Source: a virus. Taken from it: a stretch of DNA of 64,000 nucleotides. The notes beneath the pieces are model-generated. The model was given only the letters and a program-made list of their open reading frames with translations, was not told the DNA's origin and made no database searches. Within the stretch, counting starts at the first letter, position 1. Every line of letters starts with the position of its first letter. Both the position numbers and the translations under genes were made by a program. Location of the stretch: the IMG/VR virus record IMGVR_UViG_3300032242_002920, positions 1-64,000 of that record, one strand, 5' to 3'. Positions 38,188 through 48,260 of this stretch are shown here, in pieces.

Positions 38188-38478
38188 ATGATCGATTACA
38201 ATCGAGTAAGTCGCGATATTACTGAATCATACAAGCATACTGTTGAGCAGTCCATTGAAGAGACCAAGGCTCATCTTGCAAAGCTTGAAGGTTATCTTAA
38301 AGAAGTAACTGACTTTCTTAACAAGGCGGTTTCAACTGCAACTGAAGTCGCAGAAGTTGCGGTAGAAGAAGTTGTTGAGACTGTAAAGAAGGCCGCCCCT
38401 AAGAAGGCTGTCGCCAAGAAGGTTGAGTCTAAGGTAGAGGAAGTTTCTGCCGAAGAGCCTGAAGCAGACAAGAAGTAA
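38188..38478 (+). CDS. Hypothetical coiled-coil protein with KKAAPKK tail
   Basis: AAAGGA SD; terminator follows. Confidence 0.8.
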   Translation: MIDYNRVSRDITESYKHTVEQSIEETKAHLAKLEGYLKEVTDFLNKAVSTATEVAEVAVEEVVETVKKAAPKKAVAKKVESKVEEVSAEEPEADKK

Positions 38479-38501
38479 TTTTAATTGCATATGATTTTGC
38501 G

Positions 38502-38528
38502 AATGAGCCGTCTAAATGACGGCTCATT
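38502..38528 (+). terminator. Intrinsic terminator
   Basis: AATGAGCCGTC-taaat-GACGGCTCATT followed by TGTT. Confidence 0.8.
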
Positions 38529-38576
38529 TGTTATGTCACCTTTTAAGAACCGTTACCTCTAGCAATTAATTATTGC

Positions 38577-39482
38577 ATGAGCCTTGGATATGACAGACAA
38601 ACAAAAATCGTTGCTCTTAACGATTCGGCACGACTTGTTGCTCGTCTTTATGATGATAAAGAACAGCTTTATTCTTATGAAGACCTCGCTGCCGTAACAT
38701 TTACTATTCAAAGGCCCGCTGATCGGGCAAATGACGATAATACTAATCAAAGAAATAATTCTGAGTATGCTAGCCCACCGGAACAAATTGTTCGAGACGG
38801 AGAAATTTTAGAAAATGGAACGGGAGTTGTAGTTCTTGGAGGCACCGGCGAGACCGACCGTTTAGGTCATCATATTGTGGTTGCAACTTTTGAACTGGTT
38901 GATGGAACAATTAAATCAACAAGGTGCGATTTTGAAATATTCGATCCATTTGCAGTTATTGATACACCGATTCGCGTTGTTGCAGATGGCGTTTGGACTA
39001 AACTTGAAGATTGTTTTGATGCAGAAAATGAAGGACCTTGGGTTCAAGATATGACTCTTCATTTTTTCCGTGAAGAAAAGATGGAAAAGTTTATTAACGA
39101 TGCTCTTTTTGATATTAATTATCAAAATCCTCCGACCAATGTTGGCGTAACTGGTTTTGTTGGAGGAGACAATGTTCCAACTTCGGACTATCCGCTTCTT
39201 GTTCAAGCCATTTTTGTTCAAGTTCTTCGTCACATTATGCGTTCTTATGTTGAGCAACCGCTTCCAACTGGAGCGCAAATTGCATATCAAGATCGTCGGG
39301 ACTACCTTCAACGTTGGCAAAGCATGTATGAATTAGAACTTGAACAGTACATGCGTTGGCTTGCCCTTTGGAAGCGCGGTTTCCTTCAGCTTGGTCACAG
39401 CAGACTACTTGTATCCGCCAAAGCTGGTCGCCTCATTCCTGCTCCAATGCGAGCAAGGTCTGTTGGACGCGGTTATTGGTAA
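38577..39482 (+). CDS. Head-to-tail adaptor
   Basis: Synteny; Ig-like N-terminus and helical C-terminus with RSYVEQP...DRRDYLQRW. Confidence 0.65.
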   Translation: MSLGYDRQTKIVALNDSARLVARLYDDKEQLYSYEDLAAVTFTIQRPADRANDDNTNQRNNSEYASPPEQIVRDGEILENGTGVVVLGGTGETDRLGHHIVVATFELVDGTIKSTRCDFEIFDPFAVIDTPIRVVADGVWTKLEDCFDAENEGPWVQDMTLHFFREEKMEKFINDALFDINYQNPPTNVGVTGFVGGDNVPTSDYPLLVQAIFVQVLRHIMRSYVEQPLPTGAQIAYQDRRDYLQRWQSMYELELEQYMRWLALWKRGFLQLGHSRLLVSAKAGRLIPAPMRARSVGRGYW

Positions 39483-39505
39483 AACTACGACACTTAATAT
39501 ATACA

Positions 39506-39961
39506 ATGGCAAATATTACAAAATACTTAGAAAAAGCACTTCTTGCGCAAAGCGTTGGCGTTACCAACCCTACTAATAATAATAATTTTTCTGTTAGCGG
39601 TACTTACGCAGCTTTGTTTACAACATCTCCAACTGCTGATTATACCAGCACATATCCAGATGGGGTTGAGGTATCAAATAGTATTGGTTCTCCGGTTTAC
39701 ACAAGGCAAGCAATTACTTGGGGTACGGCTATGAATAATGTAGACCAGACTAATTCTTCTAAAATTCAAAACACCAATTCAATTGTATGGACTGCAAGTG
39801 GCAATTGGGGCACAGTTACTACTATCGGCATTTTTGATAATTCCAATGTTGGATCTGGTAACCTCCTTTGGTTTGGACCGCTTTCAGCAAGTGCAACATT
39901 GGGATCAAGCGGTGACACATTAACATTGTCATCTGGAACCTTAACCTTGACCCTTGCATAA
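39506..39961 (+). CDS. Small virion structural protein
   Basis: Start MANITKYLE; Y.ALFT..P...EV...Y.RQ.I.W...WGTVT.IGIFD...GNLLWFG.L. Confidence 0.8.
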   Translation: MANITKYLEKALLAQSVGVTNPTNNNNFSVSGTYAALFTTSPTADYTSTYPDGVEVSNSIGSPVYTRQAITWGTAMNNVDQTNSSKIQNTNSIVWTASGNWGTVTTIGIFDNSNVGSGNLLWFGPLSASATLGSSGDTLTLSSGTLTLTLA

Positions 39962-39970
39962 GGGGTTAAG

Positions 39971-40759
39971 GTGGCTAATTACACCCCAACATCACTTTTA
40001 AGCTCAACCGCAGCGTTGGCTTCTTCTTATGGACTTGCTACTAAAGTTCATAATAATTTGCTATATGCTACTAAATATGTAGGCGAAGAAAACGCTCCGC
40101 AAGATATTAAACGTCTTCGTCGTCAAGTGCATGACATGATGCGTCGTATGGGTCAACCAGTTATTATTAAAAAAATGTTGACCATTAAAGATGTTGAATT
40201 AAATTATGCGATGAGGTCGCCAAATTACGATTCAATTTATGGTCAATCTAGAAATAATGACAATCTTGCTTGGGGCGCAGGATTTGTATCAAAAGAACTT
40301 TCAGAAGATGAATGGATTAATCCCTCAACAGGGGAAATTATTCGATCAGATTATGCTCCCGATTCAAGTTGGCCAAATGCTCCAAAATATCGCGGATTTG
40401 GTCCTAGCATCGTTACCTATCTTATTGAGCCTGATACTCCCCAAGATTACTTTACATTAACCCCTACGGGCGCGATGATTCAAGTGCAGAATGCAGATGT
40501 TACAATGGCGTGGTTTCCTAAAGTAAATGACAATGATCTTATCATTAATGTTGAATTAGACGATTACGGTCATGTTGTTAGCTCCGGACGTAGATATCAG
40601 GCTAAAATGACAAATCCTGTCACAATTCGAGGATTAGATCGTAAGGGTCGCAAAGAATACGAAGGAGATCTTGGTAATAGACACATGGTAAATCAAATGT
40701 ATCAAATGTCCTTGCTTCCTGAAAATCATGTTCTTAATAATGTGGAGATTGATCGATGA
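39971..40759 (+). CDS. Head-to-tail stopper/closure protein
   Basis: Synteny; W.P.VND.DLII...RY. Confidence 0.6.
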   Translation: MANYTPTSLLSSTAALASSYGLATKVHNNLLYATKYVGEENAPQDIKRLRRQVHDMMRRMGQPVIIKKMLTIKDVELNYAMRSPNYDSIYGQSRNNDNLAWGAGFVSKELSEDEWINPSTGEIIRSDYAPDSSWPNAPKYRGFGPSIVTYLIEPDTPQDYFTLTPTGAMIQVQNADVTMAWFPKVNDNDLIINVELDDYGHVVSSGRRYQAKMTNPVTIRGLDRKGRKEYEGDLGNRHMVNQMYQMSLLPENHVLNNVEIDR

Positions 40760-41418
40760 ATTATTTGCCTGAAAAAACAATTAGGTACAAGACTTATATT
40801 AAAACTGCTTTGGTTGAATCCCTTAGACCCGTTTTTAATCAGCATGTTGATCAAAAATTGCAAGATACTAAAGTCACAATTGATTTTCCTAAGGAGCGCC
40901 AATCGTTTCCATCTGTTGTTGTTAGATTTTATGAAAAAGAAATTTTTAATGCAGGAGTTGGTCACAAAGAGCAAGTTGTTAACGAAGATGGTCAAGTTTT
41001 AAATTTTAAACATTATTTTTACAAAGGAGATATTGAACTAGGTATTTATACTTTATCCGCCTTAGATAGGGACTTAGTTGCAGATACTTTGGTACAAACT
41101 ATTGCAATGGGAGACCTGTCTTCGTACACCAATCAATTTTTTAACAGAATTTATCCACCTAACTCAGACGAATTTCCTGACTCAATCGGACATTTTATTA
41201 ATATAAACAGTGATAAGATTACTGGATTTGGAGAAACTCAAACTTCCGTTCCGTGGGATTCGGAAGACGATTTAGTTTACAACATTTCTTATCGAGTAGA
41301 AGTATTTGGAGAATTCTATAGTCTTCCCCCAGATTTACCGTATTCATATGTTACGGATGTCAAATTGTATCCATTCATTACCGGAGTGGACACATCTTCA
41401 ACAGACAACCCAACATAA
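40756..41418 (+). CDS. Tail terminator/neck protein
   Basis: Immediately precedes the sheath; FPSVVV...I.TLS.LDRD. Confidence 0.6.
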   Translation: MNYLPEKTIRYKTYIKTALVESLRPVFNQHVDQKLQDTKVTIDFPKERQSFPSVVVRFYEKEIFNAGVGHKEQVVNEDGQVLNFKHYFYKGDIELGIYTLSALDRDLVADTLVQTIAMGDLSSYTNQFFNRIYPPNSDEFPDSIGHFININSDKITGFGETQTSVPWDSEDDLVYNISYRVEVFGEFYSLPPDLPYSYVTDVKLYPFITGVDTSSTDNPT

Positions 41419-41467
41419 ACCTTCTTTATTGTATTTCGCTAACTTATAATTTTTGAAAGATATTTAT

Positions 41468-43918
41468 ATGGCCAGAACTTACGACAGACCACCCGGTGTA
41501 AAAGTCACCGAAGTTGCATCTACCAGCGTTGATCCGCTAATTGCCACTCCCGACCTTCTTTGCTTAGTTGGTCCCGCATCAGGAACTATTCAAAAGCAAG
41601 AATTAGTTGGTCCCCTAACTTATGTAACCGTCACCGGTGTAAGCTCTACTGCTGGCAGCAGTACGATTACTGTTACCGGTGGAGCATCTAACCTTTCAGT
41701 AGGGATGCTAGTAGAAAATGCTACCACCCCCGCTAATACAACTAGTCCCTTTGCACCAAATACGACTATTACAAATGTAAGCGGTAGCACAGTTACTTTA
41801 AGTCAAAACGCACTTGCAACCATTTCAAACGCCACAATCACTTGCGGCGTTCCAGTTAAATTTAATAACATTGGTACTACCGACGTACTTACTTTGTCAA
41901 GTGTAACTGCGGTTGCCGACCCGGATTCGACTCAAGCGCCCACTGGATATTCTTCAGCTAGCGGTTATTACAATAACATTGGTACCAGCACATATGGCGT
42001 CGCCAATTTGCAATTTGGATCATATTATTTTAATCCAACAAATCACACAATTGCTCCTAGGGCAGTTATTGCTAAAGCTGCTTTAAAGGCCGATGTTACG
42101 TCAAGTAGCACGACAATTACAGCAATTGGTGATCCAGATCAATTTTGTTCAAGCGGAACGATTATCATTAATGATTCTACAAATGGATCAGAGCAAATTT
42201 CTTATACCGGAATTACTACCCCAGCCGATGAATACCAAACAATTACTCTTTTAAACGCTACCGGCGGAACTTTTACTCTTAGCTTCAATGGCGTCACAAT
42301 TGCAACTCCCCTTAATTCTACTGCAAGTTCAAGTGATGTTCAATCGGCACTAGCCGGATTGTCTACCATTGGTGGTACTGGTAACGTAAGCGTTTCCGGA
42401 TCTAATGGTGGCCCTTATCGGGTTGAATTCAAAGGCAACTTTGCTGGTACAAACGTTCCATCTATTGTTGCAAATGGAGCCGCTCTTACAGGAACCAGTC
42501 CAACAATTACGGTAGCCGTAGCAACTTCCGGGGACAACAGCGAATTTGATTTCACAGGGTGCACAAGAGGAATTAATTCAACAAATGCCGTTGGTCACTC
42601 AGCAGATACCGGCACAAACACTTCAATCCAACAGGGTTTGGCGGTTCCAAGCGGAAGGTCCGTATTTGTTACATACAATTATACTCCGGCTAATTATTAT
42701 CAACCATATCTTATTGATGGCGCTACAACAAGCGACATTGAAAGTCGTTTTGGTCAAGCTGTTTCAAGCACCGATGGTGTGACAGTTATTTCACCACTTT
42801 CGCTTGCTGCTAAAATTGCAATTGAAAACGGTGCCAATCGATTCATCCTTCAACCATTGTTTTATTCGCCCGACACGGATGATGTCATGGCAAATAGGCA
42901 GGCTCCAACTAATGCTCAATCAGTTCTTGCAGATACATGGGCCAAGGTATTCAAAGGACTAAGAAGCCAAAGAAATATTGGCGTAATTGTTCCAATTCTT
43001 GGGCAAACTGCATCTTATACATATGGATCAGATGGAACTACAACTCCGGCAGATTTGACATCAACTGCCGATGCATTGCAAATTAACGTTGCAAAGAAAC
43101 TTCAAGAGCATATTGCATTTGTTGATCAAAATAATCAACAGTACACAATTGGTATTTTTGGCGAAGATTCGACTCAGGCCACAACTGCTCATAATTATGC
43201 TGATCGAGTTACCGTTCTCTTTAATCACATTAAACAACTTCAAACTTATGTAAGCAATAATACTTCCTACAATGAGCGCATGGTATTTATTGCTCAAACC
43301 AAGTTTAGTAAACCATCACTTACCGGCGGAACTACACCAATGTATCTTGGCGGTCAGTATGCCGCAGCAGCTATTGGCGGAATGCTCGTATCTCGCTCAG
43401 TTGCAACGCCTTTAACAAGAAAGGCCCTCGGTTCATTTTCAACTGTTGAAGATCTTAGAACTGATAAGAATAAAACGGAAGATTCTGGCCTTGGATTCTT
43501 GGTTATTGAACAAAAGAGGGATGGCACCATTCAGGTTCGTCATTCGCTTACTACAGATGTTACCAGTGTTGCCAAATCTGAACTTTCGGTTGTTAGGGCT
43601 AAATACTTTATGCTTAATTCTTTGGTTAACACCATTGATACTCAAATTATTGGCAAGATGGTTGCGGACGATGCTGCGCCTATTACAATTCAGACAACAA
43701 TTTCAAATGCCCTTAGAACTCTTCAAGAGGATGGAAATATCGTTGGATTTAGCGGAGTACAGGCAACTCCAAAATCAACGGATCCAACAATTATTGAAGT
43801 ACGATTTAATTATCGCCCAGCATTCCCAATCAACTACATTAATATCGCCTTTACAGTTGACTTAACTACTGGGGCCACATCAGTTACAACTGCGGACCAA
43901 GCTAACTTAGGAGCATAA
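41468..43918 (+). CDS. Tail sheath protein with inserted beta modules
   Basis: Y.RPPGV.V.E N-terminus; LSLAA.IA.ENGA; PLTRK; VRHSLTT...ELSVVRA; V.F.Y.PA.PINYI.I.F. Confidence 0.92.
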   Translation: MARTYDRPPGVKVTEVASTSVDPLIATPDLLCLVGPASGTIQKQELVGPLTYVTVTGVSSTAGSSTITVTGGASNLSVGMLVENATTPANTTSPFAPNTTITNVSGSTVTLSQNALATISNATITCGVPVKFNNIGTTDVLTLSSVTAVADPDSTQAPTGYSSASGYYNNIGTSTYGVANLQFGSYYFNPTNHTIAPRAVIAKAALKADVTSSSTTITAIGDPDQFCSSGTIIINDSTNGSEQISYTGITTPADEYQTITLLNATGGTFTLSFNGVTIATPLNSTASSSDVQSALAGLSTIGGTGNVSVSGSNGGPYRVEFKGNFAGTNVPSIVANGAALTGTSPTITVAVATSGDNSEFDFTGCTRGINSTNAVGHSADTGTNTSIQQGLAVPSGRSVFVTYNYTPANYYQPYLIDGATTSDIESRFGQAVSSTDGVTVISPLSLAAKIAIENGANRFILQPLFYSPDTDDVMANRQAPTNAQSVLADTWAKVFKGLRSQRNIGVIVPILGQTASYTYGSDGTTTPADLTSTADALQINVAKKLQEHIAFVDQNNQQYTIGIFGEDSTQATTAHNYADRVTVLFNHIKQLQTYVSNNTSYNERMVFIAQTKFSKPSLTGGTTPMYLGGQYAAAAIGGMLVSRSVATPLTRKALGSFSTVEDLRTDKNKTEDSGLGFLVIEQKRDGTIQVRHSLTTDVTSVAKSELSVVRAKYFMLNSLVNTIDTQIIGKMVADDAAPITIQTTISNALRTLQEDGNIVGFSGVQATPKSTDPTIIEVRFNYRPAFPINYINIAFTVDLTTGATSVTTADQANLGA

Positions 43919-43921
43919 TAA

Positions 43922-44542
43922 ATGGCAGGAGATCTTAACGGAGCGCAAAATCGCGCAAGAGTAGGCGGCTCTGGTTTTACCGTCTTTACATGGGGTAATA
44001 AACCAATCCTTTTTGCTCGTCAGATTTCGCATCAGTCACCAATGCCCGTTGGCGCTGGTACCGTGCCAATTCATCCAATGGATGAGCCATATCCAGTTGA
44101 GCTTATTACACCTCAGGCCGCTTCAATGGGCACCCTTGTACTTGAGCTTTACGAACTTTATGGCGCACAAGTTTGGGAGCGTCTTGCTGACTATCTTGGT
44201 GGAGACGTTAGGGCCACTGGTACCGGTAGAGGTCCAGTAGACATTGTAGGCATCTTTCAAGCAGTTGCTAATACTCCAGACCCAATTCGCATTGTCAAGT
44301 ACGTCAAGCCACCACAAATTCGCGGCAAGAAAATGGCTCCTTACACAGAGGAATATCACAACTGCGTGATTTCTCAGGTAATGGACGGCGAAACAATTGA
44401 AGTTGGTACGATGGAAGTCATCAAACAACTTACTGTTAATTACACTTACATGACTCGTGGCGGCCAGAATAAGGTTGTCGATGGTTCTAAGTCTAAGAAC
44501 CTTGGCGGAGTATCTAACTCCGTTACTACGTCGTTTGTGTGA
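43922..44542 (+). CDS. Tail tube protein
   Basis: Follows the sheath; RVGGSGFT...YHNCVI...DGE.I..GTM. Confidence 0.85.
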   Translation: MAGDLNGAQNRARVGGSGFTVFTWGNKPILFARQISHQSPMPVGAGTVPIHPMDEPYPVELITPQAASMGTLVLELYELYGAQVWERLADYLGGDVRATGTGRGPVDIVGIFQAVANTPDPIRIVKYVKPPQIRGKKMAPYTEEYHNCVISQVMDGETIEVGTMEVIKQLTVNYTYMTRGGQNKVVDGSKSKNLGGVSNSVTTSFV

Positions 44543-44606
44543 TTTACGCTCTATAATTTATAGAAAAGTTTCCAGATTATTCTGGATCAGTTAAGGAGCG
44601 TCTTAT

Positions 44607-45131
44607 ATGGTAGAGGAAAACGTTGATCGTTTCCCTGATGAAGTTGTACAGGATGTAGATGGTTTACTATGGTTAGGTTTCCTTGAAGAAACCGTTGAGT
44701 TTTGTGGTCACGAATTTGTTATTCGTACACTTAAACTTGAAGATGAAATGCTTGCTGGCCTAGCAACTAAAGATTATAAAGATTCCGTTTCTCAAGGTAA
44801 GGCTTGGGTTGCGGCTCAGGTCGGAATGGCTCTTGTTTCTGTTGATGGAGATGAAAGTTTTTGTCCTCAAGCTAGTCCAAATAAAACAGATTATGCACGA
44901 GCTAGATTCAAGTATGTTACCAGCAATTGGTATGAACCTACAATTAATTACATTTATGTTAAGTATCTCGAATTGTTAGAACGACAAGAAGCAGTACTGA
45001 GAGAAATGGAAAATTTATCTCAAGAGGGTCGGATTTCGTATATGGCCTCGCCCGACTCTTCGACAAAGAAGGCAGATTCAATGCCGGAGGCAGCAATCAT
45101 GGAGTTTCTGGAGGACGAGGACGAGGATTAA
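44607..45131 (+). CDS. Tail assembly chaperone (G)
   Basis: Between tube and tape measure; AAGGAG SD; contains a slippery heptamer. Confidence 0.85.
   Translation: MVEENVDRFPDEVVQDVDGLLWLGFLEETVEFCGHEFVIRTLKLEDEMLAGLATKDYKDSVSQGKAWVAAQVGMALVSVDGDESFCPQASPNKTDYARARFKYVTSNWYEPTINYIYVKYLELLERQEAVLREMENLSQEGRISYMASPDSSTKKADSMPEAAIMEFLEDEDED
45008..45017 (+). other. Programmed -1 ribosomal frameshift site
   Basis: G GAA AAT TTA contains in-frame A-AAT-TTA; the -1 frame is open to 45373. Confidence 0.85.
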
Positions 45132-45373
45132 ACGCCGTTCAAAGGAGACTTTTAGTTTATATGCTTGAAAGAGATTCTGAAAGAGAGCAAAAAATTAGAG
45201 AAGATGATTTTAAATCTCTTGTATTTGCTAATAATCCAGATCTTTATCAATCAATTTATGGTGAAGATTCAGAAGTTATTGACGAGGAAAGCCTTGAACA
45301 CGTCATTCCAGACTCAGATCAAGATTTTAATAAATTAATGCGTGAGCTTCAACAACTTGGAGTGATTGAATAA
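45017..45373 (+). CDS. Frameshifted extension of the tail assembly chaperone (GT)
   Basis: The -1 frame reads ISRGSDFVYGLARLFD...RRLLVYMLERDSE and joins ORF 45161-45373. Confidence 0.8.
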   Translation: MSRGSDFVYGLARLFDKEGRFNAGGSNHGVSGGRGRGLNAVQRRLLVYMLERDSEREQKIREDDFKSLVFANNPDLYQSIYGEDSEVIDEESLEHVIPDSDQDFNKLMRELQQLGVIE

Positions 45374-45375
45374 TT

Positions 45376-45675
45376 TTAAGAAAAAATCTCATCTATAATT
45401 TTATTAATTCTAGCCTGACGCTCTTCTTCAAGTTCTTGACGCACTTTGGCTCTAAGAGCTTCCAAGTCTTCGGGGTTAGTAGGAGTTGGCGGGCCTCCCG
45501 CTGGAACATTAAAAATTGCGTCGGGCAGAGAGATAAGAAAAAATTCAACTATTGCCCAAAAAATTCCAACTGGAATTACGATTGGAGCAAGCAAAATAGC
45601 TTGCCAAATCGTCAGTTCGTTAAAAAGCCCAAATGCTCCGGCTGCTTTGCGATATTCGTATTCTAGATTTCCCAT
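45376..45675 (-). CDS. Small membrane protein (moron-like, antisense within the tail operon)
   Basis: Hydrophobic IWQAILLAPIVIPVGIFWAIVEFFLISL plus charged tail; own promoter. Confidence 0.7.
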   Translation of the reverse strand: MGNLEYEYRKAAGAFGLFNELTIWQAILLAPIVIPVGIFWAIVEFFLISLPDAIFNVPAGGPPTPTNPEDLEALRAKVRQELEEERQARINKIIDEIFS

Positions 45676-45683
45676 AGTTAGAG

Positions 45684-45712
45684 ATACTACCATACCGCAT
45701 CATAATAATCAA
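45684..45712 (-). promoter_or_regulatory. SigA-type promoter for the antisense membrane gene
   Basis: TTGATT-N17-TAGTAT with TG extension, 8 nt before ATG 45675. Confidence 0.65.
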
Positions 45713-45723
45713 GAGAATCTATA

Positions 45724-47487
45724 ATGCCTGAACAAAATCCAGAAAATCCCGGTTTTGATCCCACTATTTTGTCGGCTGCGGTTGCAGACGGCTTAGCTCG
45801 GGCAATGGAAAATCCTTCTGTTAAAGAAGCAATTGCCAAAATCATTGAGCATAAAGACAAAGGCGATTCAGGTCGCAACCTAAGTACGGCTGAAAAGGTT
45901 CAAAAAGCCGTTAGTACTAGTAGGCAAAGATTTACTGATGGCGACGAAAGACATACTAGTGGGGTCTCTTCTAGTGCCTCACGCGCCTCCAGAGGCCTTT
46001 TAGCGGGTCTTAGAGGCGAAAAGCTTTCAGAAGGGGAATACTACTCGGTTCCGCCCGGATTTGGAAATATGAGCGGTCGTATCACTGCTCAAAATGTTGC
46101 GCAAATGATCGCTAACAGACAGTACGCACGTATTGAAAATGCGGCACCCGGAAGCGCTGAACAGGAAGCGGCTATTCGTGGTTATAATAGGGCGTCTTAT
46201 TTTCAAAATGAATTAATTCCTATGGCCAAAGCTGGTCAGCAATTTTATAGACAATTTGCTCAACCAACGTATCGTAAAATGCAAGACATTTCGGCATACG
46301 GCGGAACTCAAATTACCGGTCCAGTAGGAGGCAACATTGGTACCTCTGGGTTTGGATTTAGAAATCCATTTAACGCAGCTTTTAGTCAAGGTTTAGGCAT
46401 TAAAATGCATCAAATGGGCGAGGCTTTGGCACCCGGACTAAATATGCAGCAAATGCAACAAATTGATAACACCTTATTTGGAATGGGATTTAATTTTAAT
46501 AATCCAAGATTTAGTCCTATGGAAAAAGCCTTAGAGAATATTACTCAATATAATCCTGCAATTGATACTGGGCTTGCTGGTCAAACTATGAATTATGCTG
46601 GTCGATATGGAACTACCGAAGATATTGCAAAATTAACTAGTACTATTGAAAATCTTGGCAAAGTGGCTGCTGGCAGTAACGTAAGTATTACTCAACTTCA
46701 ACAGCAGATTGTTTCTTACCAGCAAACTGCGGGTATGAGGGGCGGGCTTGCTACGCAATCGGGTCAGGCCGCCTCATATCTTGCAGAAAGATTTCCGGGA
46801 ATGGATCCAAGCATGTTTTCAAATCTTGCGGCCACTAATCCAATGGTTCAACAATATGCTATGAAAATGGGATATCAATCATATCAAGTTGGAGCAATGA
46901 ACGGTAAAGAATTGTCTCAAGCTACTATGGGCGGAATTGGCGACGCATGGAAGCAAATTACTGGTCGCGATATTATGCACCTTGACCCGCACTATCTTAA
47001 CACCAAAGAGGGAAGAAAAGCGCTGGGAACATTGCAGGGACTTTATGGTTTCAATGTCGATGCAAATCAGTTGCAAAATCTCATAAAAAATGAGAAAAAT
47101 AGACAGCGAGCGGATTCAGCATTGACTGAACTTGGCAACATTAAAACGCACAAATATAAATCTAGTCCGGGGCCACATTTTCACGATGCTAAAAAGTATC
47201 ACGATCCAGATCAAGCAGATTTATCAAGCGTTTCTCACGTACTTGCAACTGCTGGTTATAAAAAATCTGATATTGATAAAATTATGGATGATGTAACCGG
47301 ACCCGGAGGAACGCTCAAACAAGGTTGGCGAGATAAGATTCGACAAAAAATTGACCAACGTAGAACCGGGGATAAGCCTGCGAAAAATGATATTGACAGA
47401 ATGATCAAATCTTTGAATGATGCGGCCAATGCTGCCAAGGATTGGAAAAACAATAATCCAGATCCGCCAAGAAAGAATGGTGGTTGA
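45724..47487 (+). CDS. Tape measure protein (short)
   Basis: First plus-strand gene after the chaperones; Ala/Gly/Gln/Met-rich, helical character. Confidence 0.75.
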   Translation: MPEQNPENPGFDPTILSAAVADGLARAMENPSVKEAIAKIIEHKDKGDSGRNLSTAEKVQKAVSTSRQRFTDGDERHTSGVSSSASRASRGLLAGLRGEKLSEGEYYSVPPGFGNMSGRITAQNVAQMIANRQYARIENAAPGSAEQEAAIRGYNRASYFQNELIPMAKAGQQFYRQFAQPTYRKMQDISAYGGTQITGPVGGNIGTSGFGFRNPFNAAFSQGLGIKMHQMGEALAPGLNMQQMQQIDNTLFGMGFNFNNPRFSPMEKALENITQYNPAIDTGLAGQTMNYAGRYGTTEDIAKLTSTIENLGKVAAGSNVSITQLQQQIVSYQQTAGMRGGLATQSGQAASYLAERFPGMDPSMFSNLAATNPMVQQYAMKMGYQSYQVGAMNGKELSQATMGGIGDAWKQITGRDIMHLDPHYLNTKEGRKALGTLQGLYGFNVDANQLQNLIKNEKNRQRADSALTELGNIKTHKYKSSPGPHFHDAKKYHDPDQADLSSVSHVLATAGYKKSDIDKIMDDVTGPGGTLKQGWRDKIRQKIDQRRTGDKPAKNDIDRMIKSLNDAANAAKDWKNNNPDPPRKNGG

Positions 47488-47489
47488 TT

Positions 47490-48260
47490 ATGGCTGGATC
47501 TAAAGATAAAATTGTTTTTTCTCATCCCGCTTTAAGTGATGATTTGACCGTTGATGTCAATCCAGATTCCATTACTTGGTCTTATGGATTAAACACTCAA
47601 AATTATCCAACATTCGGTGGAGAAGTTGTTCAAATTCTTTCAATGTTTATTGAGGACATGACTATCACCGGTACAGTTGGTTCGTATGCAAAAATGGAAA
47701 AAATTTATAGTTGGTTTGTTGCTTATATGGAAAGGGCGACGCAAGGAAAAAGTCAGGCATACGATACAACTCCAGTCACGTTTTGGTACCCGACTCGTGG
47801 ATGGAAATTTTTAATTCAACCTAAAGCCGCCCCCGGCTTTAAATATGGCAAAGATGTTGTTGCTCCTACATGGTCGGTATCTGCCGCTGTTGTTGAATCT
47901 CCAGAAAGTTTTCAAAATACCTTGCAATCTACGGCTGAGGCTCAGGCTATGCAAGACCCTGAATTTAAACCATTTGGTACAGCTACTGCTCGTATTGGAT
48001 ACAGCGAATTTAATCCTTGGACAACACCAAATACTGGTAAGTCCTATAAGGAAGGTGCAACCAAAGAATATTATGCAGAATTAAGTGGTGCTAATGGCCC
48101 ATTTAATTCATTTATGAAATCTTGGCTTGGAGAAGGGTCGTCTGTTGCAGAAGCACTTGGAGCTAATTATTCTAAACCAGCATTTATGAATCCGGGTGCC
48201 GCCAAGGATGGCGCTCGTCGTCCTGATGGAACCACTCCCAAAACTCAAGGCGGTCAATAA
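47490..48260 (+). CDS. Baseplate/tail tube initiator-like protein
   Basis: NPDSI.WSY.LNT..YPT.GG.VVQILS; follows the tape measure gene. Confidence 0.65.
   Translation: MAGSKDKIVFSHPALSDDLTVDVNPDSITWSYGLNTQNYPTFGGEVVQILSMFIEDMTITGTVGSYAKMEKIYSWFVAYMERATQGKSQAYDTTPVTFWYPTRGWKFLIQPKAAPGFKYGKDVVAPTWSVSAAVVESPESFQNTLQSTAEAQAMQDPEFKPFGTATARIGYSEFNPWTTPNTGKSYKEGATKEYYAELSGANGPFNSFMKSWLGEGSSVAEALGANYSKPAFMNPGAAKDGARRPDGTTPKTQGGQ

Noticed and set aside
39356-39505. N-terminal extension of the 39356 ORF
   Set aside because: It overlaps the adaptor gene; the conserved domain and promoter motif support a start at 39506
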